Shown: positions 19,923-30,470 of the stretch, piece after piece
Layout of the letters: the number at the start of each line of letters is the position of its first letter
Numbering within the stretch: position 1 is the first letter of the stretch
NCBI GenBank assembly: GCA_963758635.1
Contig: CAVWWD010000002.1
Location: 1-64,000 of the forward strand
DNA from: an uncultured Candidatus Rokubacteria bacterium
GTDB taxonomy: Bacteria > Methylomirabilota > Methylomirabilia > Rokubacteriales > CSP1-6
Reading direction: 5' to 3'
Length of the DNA stretch: 64,000 bases
Program-made: the position numbers and the translations under genes
The notes under the pieces: generated by a model
The model's database searches: none
The model's input: only the letters and a program-made list of their open reading frames with translations
What the model was told of the DNA's origin: nothing

Positions 19923-20750
19923 TCAGCCGGGCTGGTTCCACCCCCACCAGGCGGACACCGCCTGGCCCATGACCAGCTCCTTGTCGCGCTCCGAGAGCCA
20001 GGGCAGCTCCTCGGTGAACATCGTCACGCACTGCCGCCACGAGCACGGCATCTTCGTGATGTCGGTGCCCCAGAACACCCGCTCCGGTCCGAACGCGTCG
20101 TAGATCTGGCGCAGGTACGGATGCATGCTCCGGAACGGATACGGCCCGCTGCAGTAGCCCGGCGCGCCCGTCGCCTTCACGGCCACGTTGGGACGCCGGG
20201 CCAGCGCCACGAGCTCCGGCATGTGCGTCATCGCGGCGTCGTCCTTCAGTGTGGTGGTGCCGCCGCGCCCTCCGAGGTGGTCGATGGTCAGCCGCAGGCC
20301 CGGGTGGCGCTCGGCGATCCGACCGATGTCCCGGAGCGAGTCCGTGGCCAGCATCGCGATCGGCACGCCCGCCCGCTCGGCGGCGGCCCACAGCCAGTCG
20401 AGCGTCCCGTCGGCCAGCCAGGTCCGCATCGGCTCGTTCAGGAACCCGTAGCGAAGCCCGAGCATGCCCGGCTGGCTCCGCCACGTGCCGACCAGGCCCC
20501 GCTTGTCCGGCTGGTCGAGCGGGAACGAGCCGAGGATGGCGAAGCGGCCCGGATGCTCGCGCACCGCCTTGAACGCCATCTGGGTGGAGTTCGGATCCCA
20601 GCCCGGCGGGTGGATCACGGCGGCATCCACGCCGCCCTCGTCCATCATGCCGAGCGCTTCCTCGGTCGTGAACGCGGTGACCTGGCGATGGGCCATGTTG
20701 CTGGGCAGACCGGTGCCCCAGAGATGGATCTGAGCGTCCACGATGCGCAT
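19923..20750 (-). CDS. Amidohydrolase family 2 (LigI/fuconolactonase-like)
   Basis: IVDAQIHLW, LTIDHLG, NVAVKA, FGPERVFWGTD. Confidence 0.88.
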   Translation of the reverse strand: MRIVDAQIHLWGTGLPSNMAHRQVTAFTTEEALGMMDEGGVDAAVIHPPGWDPNSTQMAFKAVREHPGRFAILGSFPLDQPDKRGLVGTWRSQPGMLGLRYGFLNEPMRTWLADGTLDWLWAAAERAGVPIAMLATDSLRDIGRIAERHPGLRLTIDHLGGRGGTTTLKDDAAMTHMPELVALARRPNVAVKATGAPGYCSGPYPFRSMHPYLRQIYDAFGPERVFWGTDITKMPCSWRQCVTMFTEELPWLSERDKELVMGQAVSAWWGWNQPG

Positions 20751-20870
20751 GAGGCGTCCTTTCGGTGTCCGAGTTGTCGGCACTCTTGCCGTTCGGCGGG
20801 CCCGACCGAGCACGATCTTAGCGTGCTAGGATCGCTTTCATCCCCCGAGGATCGAGACCCTCCAGAGGAG

Positions 20871-22458
20871 ATGCCCATGTACGCCGTCCCCGACATCGAC
20901 GAGGTCCTGGCCGTCGCCAAGGAGCTGGGGATCCATCTGGGTCCGGAGGAAGCCGCGCTCTACCGGAAGTATCTCCTGGAGCAGATGAGCGAGCTCGACC
21001 GCTTCGTGCAAGCGCGGCTGGAAGAGTCCTCGCCGCCCATGGTCGCGGCCGTCCGCACGCCGGGTCGCCGGCCGACGGCGGAGGAAGATCCGCTGAACGC
21101 CTGGACGTGGAAGTGCCGGATCGCGCCGGCGGGCACGGGGGCGCTGGACGGCAAGACGGTCAGCTTCAAGGACCATATCGCCGTGGCCGGCGTGCCGATG
21201 AGCTTCGGATCGTTCGCGCTCGAAGGCCTCGTCCCCGACTTCGACGCCACGATCGTCACGCGCGTGCTGCAGTCGGGCGGGACCGTCGTCGGCAAGAACG
21301 TCATGAACGGGCTCGCCGGCGGGTTCGGCACCGGCGGCGGCATCGGCGACTACGGCCGCCCGCTCAACCCGCACAACCACGAGCACGTGACGGGCGGATC
21401 GTCGTCCGGCTCGGGGGCGGCGGTGGCCGCGCGCGAGGTGGACATCTCCTTCGGCGGCGACCAGGGCGGCTCCATCCGCATTCCCGGCGGCGTTCTGCGG
21501 CATCGTCGGCCACAAGCCCACGTTCGGCCTCGTGTCGCACTTCGGCATCGGCTTCGGCTCCGATCAGAGCATCGACTACACGGGGCCCATGGCGCGCACC
21601 GTGGAGGACGCGGCCGCGGCGCTCCAGGCCACCGCGGGACCCGACGGGTACGATCCGCGCCAGACGCGCAACGTCCCCGATCGCATGGACGTGCTCGGCG
21701 GCCTGGCCGGCGGCGTGGCCGGCGTCCGCATCGGCGTGCTCCAGGAGGGCTTCGACGACGCGCAGGAGGACGTGCGCGACCTGGTCATGGCCGCGGTGGA
21801 CGTGCTCGCCCGGAAGGGCGCGGAGGTGTCGAAGGTGTCCATCCCCGCGCATCACGCCATCCGCACGGCCCAGGCGGCGCTCTCCGCCGAGGGCGCGCTC
21901 GCCGTGTTCAAGACCGGCTTCTTCGGCGCCTTCACGCGGACCTACTACCCCGCCTCGGTGATCTCGGCCATCAACACGCTGTGGGCCAGGCACGCCGACG
22001 TGCTCGCCCCGCGCACCAAGCTGTCGCTGATCGCCGCCGAGCTGAGCCGCCGCAACTACCACGGCCGCGTGTACGCCAAGGCCCAGAACGTGCGGCCGGC
22101 CTACATCAAGGCCTACGACACCGCGCTCGCGGACGTGGACGCGCTCGTGATGCCCACGTGCCTCATGACCGCGCCGAAGAACCATCGGCCGGCCAGCTAC
22201 CTCGAGGCCGTCGAGGACAACCTCACGTCCATGGCGCGCGGCTTCGCCCGCAACACGCAGCCGTTCAACTACACCGGGCATCCCGCGCTGGCGCTTCCCG
22301 TGGGCAAGTCGCCGGCGGGGCTGCCCGCGAGCATGCAGCTCGTCGGGCGGTTCTTCGACGATGCGCTGCTCCTGCGGATCGGCCACGCGTTCCAGCGCGC
22401 GGTGGACTGGGACAAGATCGTCGGCGTCGCGCGCCTGAGCGGAGGCCCCGCCCGCTGA
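20871..22458 (+). CDS. Amidase signature family protein (frameshift near 21485)
   Basis: SFKDH, TGGSSSGSG, GGDQGGSIRIP then AAFCGIVGHKPTFG in the next frame; FNYTGHPAL. Confidence 0.9.
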
Positions 22459-22540
22459 TCGGGCGCCCCGGTCCGCCGCGCGCTCGAGCGGATCGGCGAG
22501 GGAGCGCGCAACGCCGACCCGCCTGAAGGGTGACGATTCC

Positions 22541-23508
22541 ATGCCGACGCCGATCGCCGTGCTCGCTCTGGTGCCGCTGTCCGTCGAGCGCGTGGCCGCG
22601 CTCACCGCCGCGGGCTATGCCGTTCGCGAGGGGACGAAGTACCCGAGCCGGCTGGACGCCCTGCGCGACGGTGGCGATGCCGTGCGGGCGGTGCTCACCA
22701 ACGGCCGCGGGGGCCTGAGCGCCGACGAGATGGCGCTGCTGCCGAACCTCGAGATCGTCTGCGCGACCGGCGCGGGCCACGAGGCCGTCGATCTGGAGGC
22801 GGCGCGACGCCGAGGCATCGCCGTCGCCAACTGCCCCGACGCGAACGCCCCGCCGTGGCGGACTCCGCCATGATGCTGCTGATGGCCGCGACCCGACATC
22901 TGCGGGAAGCCGACCGATTCGTGCACGCCGGCGGATGGCAGGACGGCTGGCGCGTGGACACGCCGACCATCTCCGGCAAGCGTCTGGGCATCCTCGGCCT
23001 GGGGAGGATCGGGAGCAGGATCGCGCACCGCGCCGCGCGCGGCTTCGACATGGAGATCGGCTATCACAACCGGACGGCCGTCTCGGGATCTCCGTATCGC
23101 TATTTCGCCAGCCTCGTCGAGCTGGCGACGTGGGCCGATTTCCTGGTGGCCGCGGCGCCGGGCGGCTCGGCCACGCGGCACCTCGTCAACGCGGATGTCC
23201 TCACCGCGCTCGGACCGAAGGGCTATCTCGTGAACGTGGGGCGCGGCACGGTCGTGGACACGGCGGCGCTGATCGATGCCCTGCGCGCCAAACGCATCGC
23301 GGGGGCGGGCCTGGACGTCCTGGAGGGCGAACCCGCGGTGCCGCCCGTTCTCCCGGAGCTTCTGCAGCTCGACAACGTCGTCGTCACCCCGCACGTGGCG
23401 GGACGGGCGCCGGAGTCGCGCGCGGCGGCAACCGCGCTGCTCCTGGGGAACCTGAACGCGCACTTCGCAGGGCAGCCGCTGCCGTCCCCGGTGTCGCTCG
23501 GGAGCTGA
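22541..23508 (+). CDS. 2-hydroxyacid dehydrogenase (hydroxypyruvate/glyoxylate reductase-like; frameshift near 22850)
   Basis: GILGLGRIG, NVGRGTVVD, GLDVLEGEP, TPHVAG. Confidence 0.88.
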
Positions 23509-23707
23509 ACCCGCCCCCCGGACCAGCGCAGGGCGCAGGCGCGCGCCTGACTTCGTCACGCCACCGGCGAGCCCCGCCGGGCATGATCGCCGCCCGCCGG
23601 TGGGGCGGGACGCCTGAGACCTTGGGGCCATTGCGTTCGCCCCCTCGGATGAGAGCACGATCGGGGTGTCCATTACACCCAGGACGCGCCCGGGCAAGGA
23701 GGACGAC

Positions 23708-23899
23708 ATGGCCGAAGAGACCAAGGATCAGTGGGACTCCACCCAGTGGCACGAGGTCAAGAAGGGGGAAACGCTCTGGAAGATCGCGCAGGAGTACTAC
23801 GGTGACGGCAGCCTCTACACGAAGATCTTCGAGACCAACCAGGACACGCTGAAGGATCCGAACCTGATCAAGGTCGGGCAGCGCCTGCGGATCCCGTAG
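23708..23899 (+). CDS. Stand-alone LysM domain protein (63 aa)
   Basis: HEVKKGETLWKIAQEYYG...IFETN..LKDPNLIKVGQRLRIP; AGGAGG SD. Confidence 0.85.
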   Translation: MAEETKDQWDSTQWHEVKKGETLWKIAQEYYGDGSLYTKIFETNQDTLKDPNLIKVGQRLRIP

Positions 23900-23929
23900 G
23901 CCACGCGCCGACACCAGGAGGAGACACTG

Positions 23930-24547
23930 ATGCGGACGAGCCCGCGGATAGCCCTGCTCATTGCGCTCATCGGCCTCTCCCTCGCGGCGTGCGCCGGCGA
24001 CAAGGGTCCGGCCGAGCTGGCCGTCAAGGCCGCCGAGGACGCCCTCGCCACCACCCGGGCCGAGGCGGCCCAGTACGTCCCCGATCAGCTCAAGTCGGTG
24101 GAGGACGGCCTCGCCAGCCTCAAGGCGAACCTCGCCAAGGGCGAGTACAAGGCCGTGCTCGCCTCGGCGCCGGACATCACCGCCAGGGCTCGAGCCCTCG
24201 GCGACGCGGCCGCGGCGAAGAAGGCGGAGCTCGCCGCGAAGACCGCGCAGCTGACGAAGACCTGGACGGACATGGCCGAGGGCCTGCCGAAGATGGTCGG
24301 GGCCGTCGAAAGCCGCATCGACACCCTGTCCAAGTCGAAGACGCTCCCCGCCAAGCTCGACAAGGCCACGTTCGAGGAGGCGAAGGCCGGCCTGGCCACG
24401 GTCAAGCAGACGTGGGCCGACGCACAGGAGGCGTTCAAGGGCGGCAAGGTCGAGGACGCGGTGACGAAGGCCACCACGGTCAAGGACAAGACCGCGGAGA
24501 TCATGACCAAGCTGGGCATGCAGGTGCCCGCCGCGGCCAAGAGCTGA
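23930..24547 (+). CDS. Helical lipoprotein (DUF4398-like)
   Basis: Lipobox LAAC; Ala/Lys-rich helices, AEAAQYVP motif. Confidence 0.75.
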   Translation: MRTSPRIALLIALIGLSLAACAGDKGPAELAVKAAEDALATTRAEAAQYVPDQLKSVEDGLASLKANLAKGEYKAVLASAPDITARARALGDAAAAKKAELAAKTAQLTKTWTDMAEGLPKMVGAVESRIDTLSKSKTLPAKLDKATFEEAKAGLATVKQTWADAQEAFKGGKVEDAVTKATTVKDKTAEIMTKLGMQVPAAAKS

Positions 24548-24561
24548 ACCGGAGGTCGGAG

Positions 24562-25179
24562 ATGAGCACCGTGACCACCCGAACCCGGACCCTCCCGCCT
24601 CCCTTGCCACAGATCGCGCCGCAGAAGTTCGCCCACGTCGTGCTGAAGACGGCCAGCTACGACGCCGTGATCGCCTGGTACGCGACCGTGCTGGAGGCGC
24701 GTGTGGCCTTCCGCAACGACTTCATCGCCTTCCTCACCTACGACGACGAGCACCATCGGGTGGCCGTCCTCAACACGCCGGGCAGTCCGTCCGCCGATCC
24801 CGCCGCGGCCGGCGTGCACCACATCGCCTACACCTACGCCGACCTGGGCGGGCTCCTGTCGACCTACCGGCGGCTCAAGGCCGGCGGCATCGAGCCCGCC
24901 CGCTGCATCAACCACGGGCCGACGATCTCCATGTACTACCGCGACCCCGACGGCCTGCGCGTCGAGCTACAGGTCGACGTCTTCTCGACCATGGACGAGG
25001 CCCACGCCTACCTCACCGGTCCGGAGTTCGCCGAGAACCCTATCGGCGTCATCTTCGACCCCGAGCAGCTGATCCGTGACTACGAGGCCGGCGCGTCGTT
25101 CGAGGATCTGGTGCGGCGCCCGCCGCTGCCGCCGGGCAAGACGCCCATGGACATGCGCGCGGAGACTCCCCGCACCTGA
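24562..25179 (+). CDS. VOC/glyoxalase (extradiol dioxygenase-like) family protein
   Basis: FAHVVLKT, FLTYDDEHHRVA, HHIAY, NHGPTISMYYRDPDG..VELQ. Confidence 0.88.
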   Translation: MSTVTTRTRTLPPPLPQIAPQKFAHVVLKTASYDAVIAWYATVLEARVAFRNDFIAFLTYDDEHHRVAVLNTPGSPSADPAAAGVHHIAYTYADLGGLLSTYRRLKAGGIEPARCINHGPTISMYYRDPDGLRVELQVDVFSTMDEAHAYLTGPEFAENPIGVIFDPEQLIRDYEAGASFEDLVRRPPLPPGKTPMDMRAETPRT

Positions 25180-25200
25180 GACACCCGCCGGGGATGCTTC

Positions 25201-26262
25201 TCAGGAGTGCGTCATCACCACGCGGCCGCGGACCTTGCCGCCGGCCTTGAGATCGGCGAGGGACTCGGTGGCGCGGTCCGCGGTCCGGCTCTCGATGGGG
25301 ATCGGCGCCACCTTGCCGGCCTTGCCCAGCTCCAGCAGCTCGCGCAAGTCCTGGAGGGTGCCCACGTAGGACCCCTCGATCGTCATCATCTTGAACGGGA
25401 ACAGCACGGTGGACACGGACGCCGCGCCGCCGTAGAGGCCCACCATCACCAGCTTGCCGCCCTTCTTGAGCGCGCTGATGCCGAACTCCATCGTCTTGGG
25501 TGAGCCGACGAAGTCGATGGCGCCCGCCACGCCGCCACCCGAGAGGTCCATGACCTGCTGCACGGCGTCGGCCGCGGAGTTGTCCACGGTGCCCTTGGCG
25601 CCCAGCGCGCTCGCCTGCGTTCGCTTGCCGGGATCGATGTCCGCCACCAGCATGCGGCCGGCCAGGTACGCGGGCGCGATGTGCACGGCCTGGCCGCCCA
25701 CGCCGCCCGCGCCGATGATCAGGAAGTGGTCGTCGTCGCCCACGTGGTCGCGGATCTTGCTGAGCGCGCTGTAGGCGGTGATGCCCGAGCACGTGTAGGT
25801 CGCGGCCAGGTCCTGGGGCACGGTGCCGTGGTCGACCAGGTAGCGCGCGTGAGGCACCAGCACGTGGCTCCCGTAGCCGCCCGAGGTGCGCGTGCCGAGC
25901 GTGCGCGGCGTCAGGCACAGGAGCTCCTCCCCCTTCCGGCACACCGCGCAGGCGCCGCAGCCGATCCACGGGTAGACGGCGTAGCGCTTGCCCACCTCCA
26001 CGCCCCGGGCCTCGGGCCCCACCGCCACCACCTGGCCGGCGATCTCGTGGCCCATCGTGAACGGCAGCTTCACGCCCCGCTGGTCGAGCGTCACCTTCTG
26101 CCCGCCTCCCAGGTCGAAGTACCCGTCCCAGATGTGCACGTCGCTGTGGCAGACGCCGGCCGCCTCGACGCGGATCAACACCTGCTCGCCCGTGGGCTCG
26201 GGCGTCGGGTATTCGCGCGCCTCCAGCGGCTTGCCCCACTCGATGATCTGCATGGCACGCAT
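25201..26262 (-). CDS. Zn-dependent alcohol dehydrogenase
   Basis: GVCHSD, GHE, CGACAVC...C, GAGGVG. Confidence 0.93.
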   Translation of the reverse strand: MRAMQIIEWGKPLEAREYPTPEPTGEQVLIRVEAAGVCHSDVHIWDGYFDLGGGQKVTLDQRGVKLPFTMGHEIAGQVVAVGPEARGVEVGKRYAVYPWIGCGACAVCRKGEELLCLTPRTLGTRTSGGYGSHVLVPHARYLVDHGTVPQDLAATYTCSGITAYSALSKIRDHVGDDDHFLIIGAGGVGGQAVHIAPAYLAGRMLVADIDPGKRTQASALGAKGTVDNSAADAVQQVMDLSGGGVAGAIDFVGSPKTMEFGISALKKGGKLVMVGLYGGAASVSTVLFPFKMMTIEGSYVGTLQDLRELLELGKAGKVAPIPIESRTADRATESLADLKAGGKVRGRVVMTHS

Positions 26263-26506
26263 GGTCGGTTCTCCTTTCGGCTGCGCGCTCAGGCGCCGCT
26301 GCCACGACTCCGGTCTGCGCGCAGCGCGCCGTGGGTGAGTAGCCTACGACGCGGGCGCATCGCTCGGGGAGCTGGAGAGCGTGGCAGGCGCGCAGGAGCT
26401 CAGAACGGGAGGTTAGCATGGGACGACGCCGGCTGCGGACGAGTCGCTAGGAAAGGTACTTGACCGGGCCTTCCCGGGGTGGAACGATTCCGACGAGCAC
26501 GGCGCC

Positions 26507-27712
26507 TCAGACGACGCCGTCGGCGCGCAGCGCCGCCAGCTCGTCGGGGCCGAGGTCGAGCCACTCGCCGTACACCTCGGCCGTGTGCTGGCCCTTGTCG
26601 GGTCCGGCCCACCGGATCTCGCCCGGCGTCGCGGTGAGCCGGGGCACGACACCGACCATCGCGATCGGGCCGACCCGCGGGTCGTCGATCTCGACGATGT
26701 TTCGCTCCTGGAAGTGCGGGTCGGCGGAGATGTCGGCCACGGAGTAGAGACGCTCCGCGGGCACGCCGATCGCCTCGAGGCGGCGCAGCGCCTCGGCCGC
26801 CGGGACCGTGGCCATCCACCGCGTCACGAGGTCCTCGACCTCGTCGCCCCGCGCGATCCGGTCGGCCGAGCGCGCGTAGCGCTCGTGACACGCCTCGCCG
26901 CCCATCAGCTCGGCCATGCGCGCCCACAGCGAGTCCGTGCCGGCGTTGACGACGATCCACGCGCCGTCCGCCGCGCGATAGTTCCCCGCGGGGCAGACAC
27001 CGGGGTTCCGGTTGCCCATCCGCTCGCGCACCACGCCGAGCTTCCGGTACGCCGTCAGCATCCCTTCCGAGCCGCGGAAGACACCCTCGTAGAGGGCGAG
27101 GTCGATCTCCTGTCCGCGCCCGCCGTTCTGCTCGCGGTCCCACAGCGCCACCATCACGCCGTACGCGCCGAACGCCGCCGTCAGGTAGTCCGCGAGCGCG
27201 AAGCTCTGCCGCACGGGCGGCCCGTCGGGGAACCCCGAGGTGTACGTGAGCCCCGCGAACGCGGACGCGATGCGGTCGAAGGCGCCCTTGGCGCGGTACG
27301 GCCCGGTGCGCCCGTAGCCGGAGACGTGCAGCATCACGAGCCCCGGATTCGTGGCGGCGAGCGCCTCGTAGCCGAGGCCCCAGCCCTCGAGCGTGCCCGG
27401 ACGGAAGTTCTCGGTGACCACATCGGCCCGCGCGGCGAGCCGGCGGAACAGGTCCTGGCCACGCGCGTGGCGCAGGTTCAGCGTCACGGAGCGCTTGTTG
27501 CGCGCCTCCTGCAGCCAGATGAGCGGCCGGCCATCGACGCGCGGGCCCATCTGCCGCAGGAGGTCGCCGGTGACGGGCTCCTCGACCTTCACAACGTCGG
27601 CGCCGAACTCGCCGAGGAGCGTCGCCGCGACGGGCGCGCCCAGGACGGTCGCCACGTCGAGCACGCGAATGCCGGCGAGCGGCAACGGGCGTTCATCGTC
27701 TCGAAGCTTCAC
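26507..27712 (-). CDS. CaiB/BaiF class III CoA-transferase
   Basis: LAGIRVLD, GADVVKVE, RNKRS, ENFRPG, LADY. Confidence 0.92.
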   Translation of the reverse strand: MKLRDDERPLPLAGIRVLDVATVLGAPVAATLLGEFGADVVKVEEPVTGDLLRQMGPRVDGRPLIWLQEARNKRSVTLNLRHARGQDLFRRLAARADVVTENFRPGTLEGWGLGYEALAATNPGLVMLHVSGYGRTGPYRAKGAFDRIASAFAGLTYTSGFPDGPPVRQSFALADYLTAAFGAYGVMVALWDREQNGGRGQEIDLALYEGVFRGSEGMLTAYRKLGVVRERMGNRNPGVCPAGNYRAADGAWIVVNAGTDSLWARMAELMGGEACHERYARSADRIARGDEVEDLVTRWMATVPAAEALRRLEAIGVPAERLYSVADISADPHFQERNIVEIDDPRVGPIAMVGVVPRLTATPGEIRWAGPDKGQHTAEVYGEWLDLGPDELAALRADGVV

Positions 27713-27734
27713 CTGGTCACGCTCTCGTTCCTGC

Positions 27735-30470
27735 TCACGCCGTGGCCGCCGTGGGCTGGTCGCGCAGGCGGTCGGCGAGGTTGCGGGCGAGGTTGCGGAA
27801 GATCTTCGACCCCGTGTAGGGGAAGCGCAGCCGGATGCGCTCGAGCGCGCGGAAGTCCAGGGCCAGCACCTCGGTGGGCGCCTCGGCCACCACGGAAGCG
27901 GAGCGCACGCCGCCGCCGACGAGCGCGATCTCGCCGAAGAGGTCGCCGTCCCGCAGCGTGGTCAGGGTGCGCTCCGAGCCGTCGGGCAGCACGTCGAAGA
28001 CCCGCGCCTGGCCCGAGACCACCACGAACATCTCGTTGCCCCGGTCTCCCTTGCGCACGATGGTGTCGCCCGCCGCGACCGGGCGGAGGTCGCCCAGCAC
28101 CACCACCTTGCGGATCTCCCAGCGGGAGAGGTCGCGGAAGAGCGGCGCGCGTCGCAACGCCTGCGAGTTCATGCGCAGCCGCACCAGGTCCCAGAGCGTC
28201 ACGAGCTGCGTGGAGTACATGAGCAGCGGCGTCAGCGTGAGCTCGCCCACCATGGCCACGAGCATGACCAGCCCGCACAGCACGCCGGCCTGGCGGGTGG
28301 GCACGAAGTTCGAGAAGCCCACCACGAAAAAGCCCGCGGCGAGCGCCAACGACACGTAGATCACCGGCCGGCCCTGCGACCGCAGCGTGTCGACCATGGC
28401 GCGCCGCTGGTCGTGGTGCCGCTTGAGCTCGCGACTGTAGCGGATCATGTGGTGAACCGTGTCGTCCACGGCGATGCCGATGGCGATGCTCCCCACGATG
28501 GCCGTGCCGATGTTCAACGGGATGCCCGCCAGCCCCATGATGCCGTAGTTGTAGATGATGGGAATGACGTTGGGCACGAGCGACAGGAAGCCGGCGCGGA
28601 GCGACGTGAAGAGCAGCGCGTGGATGACACCGATGATGATGAGCGTGGTCCCGAAGCTGGCCAGCTCGTTCACGGCCAAAATGTCGGAGGCGCGGTTCAC
28701 CAGCACGTCCTGGCCCGTCGCGTGGACGGAGATCCCGCGCGGCACGTCTCGCGCCACGTGAGCGTCCAGGTCGCGCAGCAGCGCGGCGAGATGCCACGAG
28801 CCCGACAGGTTGTGGCGCACGAGCACGTTGGCGGAGGCGCCGTCGAAGCTGACGAGCTTGGCCACATCCTGGGCGTCCAGCAGCAGGAGGTACTGGGCGA
28901 TCTCCTCCGCGCTGTCGGGCACGGCGGCGAACGCGGGCGCGCCGCCGTTCATCTCCCGGTGCATGAGCTTGACGTGGTCGGCGAGGGACACGGTGGCGTC
29001 CACGCGCCCGGTGGACCGGAGGAAGTCCTGGATGCCCGCGATCTTCCGCAGGACTGCGGGGTCCTTCACGCCGTCGGGCCGTCCGGTGTCCACCACGACG
29101 TAGAAGACGAGGGCCCCCGAGAGCGTGCGATGGATGTCCGCCATGCGCTCGCGGAGAGCCGACTTCTCCGGCAGGTAGCCCACCCAGTCGGTGTCCACGC
29201 GCAGGCTCTTCCAGCCCCAGAGCGAGCCGACGACGAACAGAGCCGCCACCACCACGATGACGCCACGGCGGACCACGATGAACGCGGCGAGCCGCTCCAT
29301 GAGGCGCGGGATGACGCCGTGCTCGGTCTCGTCGGCGAACGCGGCACGGCGCGCCACGCGGGGCACCGGCCACAGATGCAGGATCACCGGCAGCACGAGG
29401 AGCGTGACCACGAAGTTGATGGTGAGCCCGAGCGCGGCGGCGAGCCCGAACTGGACGAGCAGGGTGATGCTGCTCGTGGCTAGCCCGAGGAAGCCCAGCA
29501 CGGTGGTGCCGGTGGTCACCAGGATGGGCAGCCCGCCGTCCTCCAGCATGCCGCGGAGCGCGGTGCGCTTGTCCTCGCCGTGGCGCAGCCGCTCGTGGTA
29601 CTCGGAGATCATGTGCACGTCCTCGGCGAAGCCCACCGCGAGCAGCAGCGACGGCACCGCGGTGGTGAGAGCGTTGAGCGGCAGCTCCAGCAGCGCCATC
29701 GCCCCCGCCGTCCACACGATGCTGAGCACCGCCGTGGTCATGGGCACGACCACGCCCTGCGGCGTGCGGAATGCGATCAGGAGCACGAGGAGCAGCACCA
29801 CGCCGGACAGCGGGATCAGTGTCCGCTGGTCGGCCAGGATGTAGTCGGCCAGCGTCACCTCGACGAACGGCTTGCCGAGCTGGTAGAGACTGACGCCGGG
29901 CCGCGTCTCCGCCGCCATCACGCGCTCCACCTCGGTGGTGAAGCGGCGGCTCACCGCCTCACTCAGGCGCTGGTCGCCGAGGTAGGCGATCACCGCGGTG
30001 GCTCGCGCGTCCTTCGCCACGAGATGGTCCACGAGGACGGGGTTCCGGAGCGCGTCGGCGCGGAGGGCGGCGAGCTCGGCCGCGCCGGTGGGCACGGTGC
30101 GAGGCACCAGGGGCTCCGTGTCGAGCGAACGGCCGTCGCCCTTGACGTTCCTGACCGTGGTCAGGCTCTCGACGCGGCTCACCAGGTCCAGCCGCTCGAG
30201 GGCGCCGGTGACGCGGCGGACGGACTCCAGCACCGGTGCGGCGAACACGTCGTCGGCCTTGATGACCACGATCGACAGCGTGTCGTTGCCGAAGCGCTTC
30301 TTCGCGTTCTCGTAGAAGGCCCGCGCGGGGTCGCCCTTCACCATCAGGCCTTCCGCGGAGGTGTCGATGACCAGGCGGGGCAGCGCAGCGGCGAAGATCA
30401 CGGTGATGCCCAGCACCAGCAGGGTGGTGACGACCGGGTGGTCGACGATGGCGAGGAGCAGACGCTTCAT
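27735..30470 (-). CDS. MMPL/RND lipid-exporter family protein with C-terminal cyclic-nucleotide-binding domain
   Basis: Two MMPL repeats (GFAEDVH; IGIAVDDTVH); C-terminal IVRKGDRGNEMFVVVSG...FGEIAL..GVRSASV. Confidence 0.88.
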   Translation of the reverse strand: MKRLLLAIVDHPVVTTLLVLGITVIFAAALPRLVIDTSAEGLMVKGDPARAFYENAKKRFGNDTLSIVVIKADDVFAAPVLESVRRVTGALERLDLVSRVESLTTVRNVKGDGRSLDTEPLVPRTVPTGAAELAALRADALRNPVLVDHLVAKDARATAVIAYLGDQRLSEAVSRRFTTEVERVMAAETRPGVSLYQLGKPFVEVTLADYILADQRTLIPLSGVVLLLVLLIAFRTPQGVVVPMTTAVLSIVWTAGAMALLELPLNALTTAVPSLLLAVGFAEDVHMISEYHERLRHGEDKRTALRGMLEDGGLPILVTTGTTVLGFLGLATSSITLLVQFGLAAALGLTINFVVTLLVLPVILHLWPVPRVARRAAFADETEHGVIPRLMERLAAFIVVRRGVIVVVAALFVVGSLWGWKSLRVDTDWVGYLPEKSALRERMADIHRTLSGALVFYVVVDTGRPDGVKDPAVLRKIAGIQDFLRSTGRVDATVSLADHVKLMHREMNGGAPAFAAVPDSAEEIAQYLLLLDAQDVAKLVSFDGASANVLVRHNLSGSWHLAALLRDLDAHVARDVPRGISVHATGQDVLVNRASDILAVNELASFGTTLIIIGVIHALLFTSLRAGFLSLVPNVIPIIYNYGIMGLAGIPLNIGTAIVGSIAIGIAVDDTVHHMIRYSRELKRHHDQRRAMVDTLRSQGRPVIYVSLALAAGFFVVGFSNFVPTRQAGVLCGLVMLVAMVGELTLTPLLMYSTQLVTLWDLVRLRMNSQALRRAPLFRDLSRWEIRKVVVLGDLRPVAAGDTIVRKGDRGNEMFVVVSGQARVFDVLPDGSERTLTTLRDGDLFGEIALVGGGVRSASVVAEAPTEVLALDFRALERIRLRFPYTGSKIFRNLARNLADRLRDQPTAATA

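Noticed and set aside
21480..22860. Programmed ribosomal frameshifting in the amidase and dehydrogenase genes
   Set aside because: The shifts fall in short C/G runs without slippery heptamers and match the window-wide indel pattern.
23989..25179. 396-aa ORF extending the VOC protein upstream
   Set aside because: The extension is an alternate frame of the lipoprotein gene; the VOC gene has a GGAGG SD and ATG at 24562.
26263..26506. Possible riboswitch in the intergenic region upstream of the alcohol dehydrogenase
   Set aside because: No conserved aptamer motif recognised.
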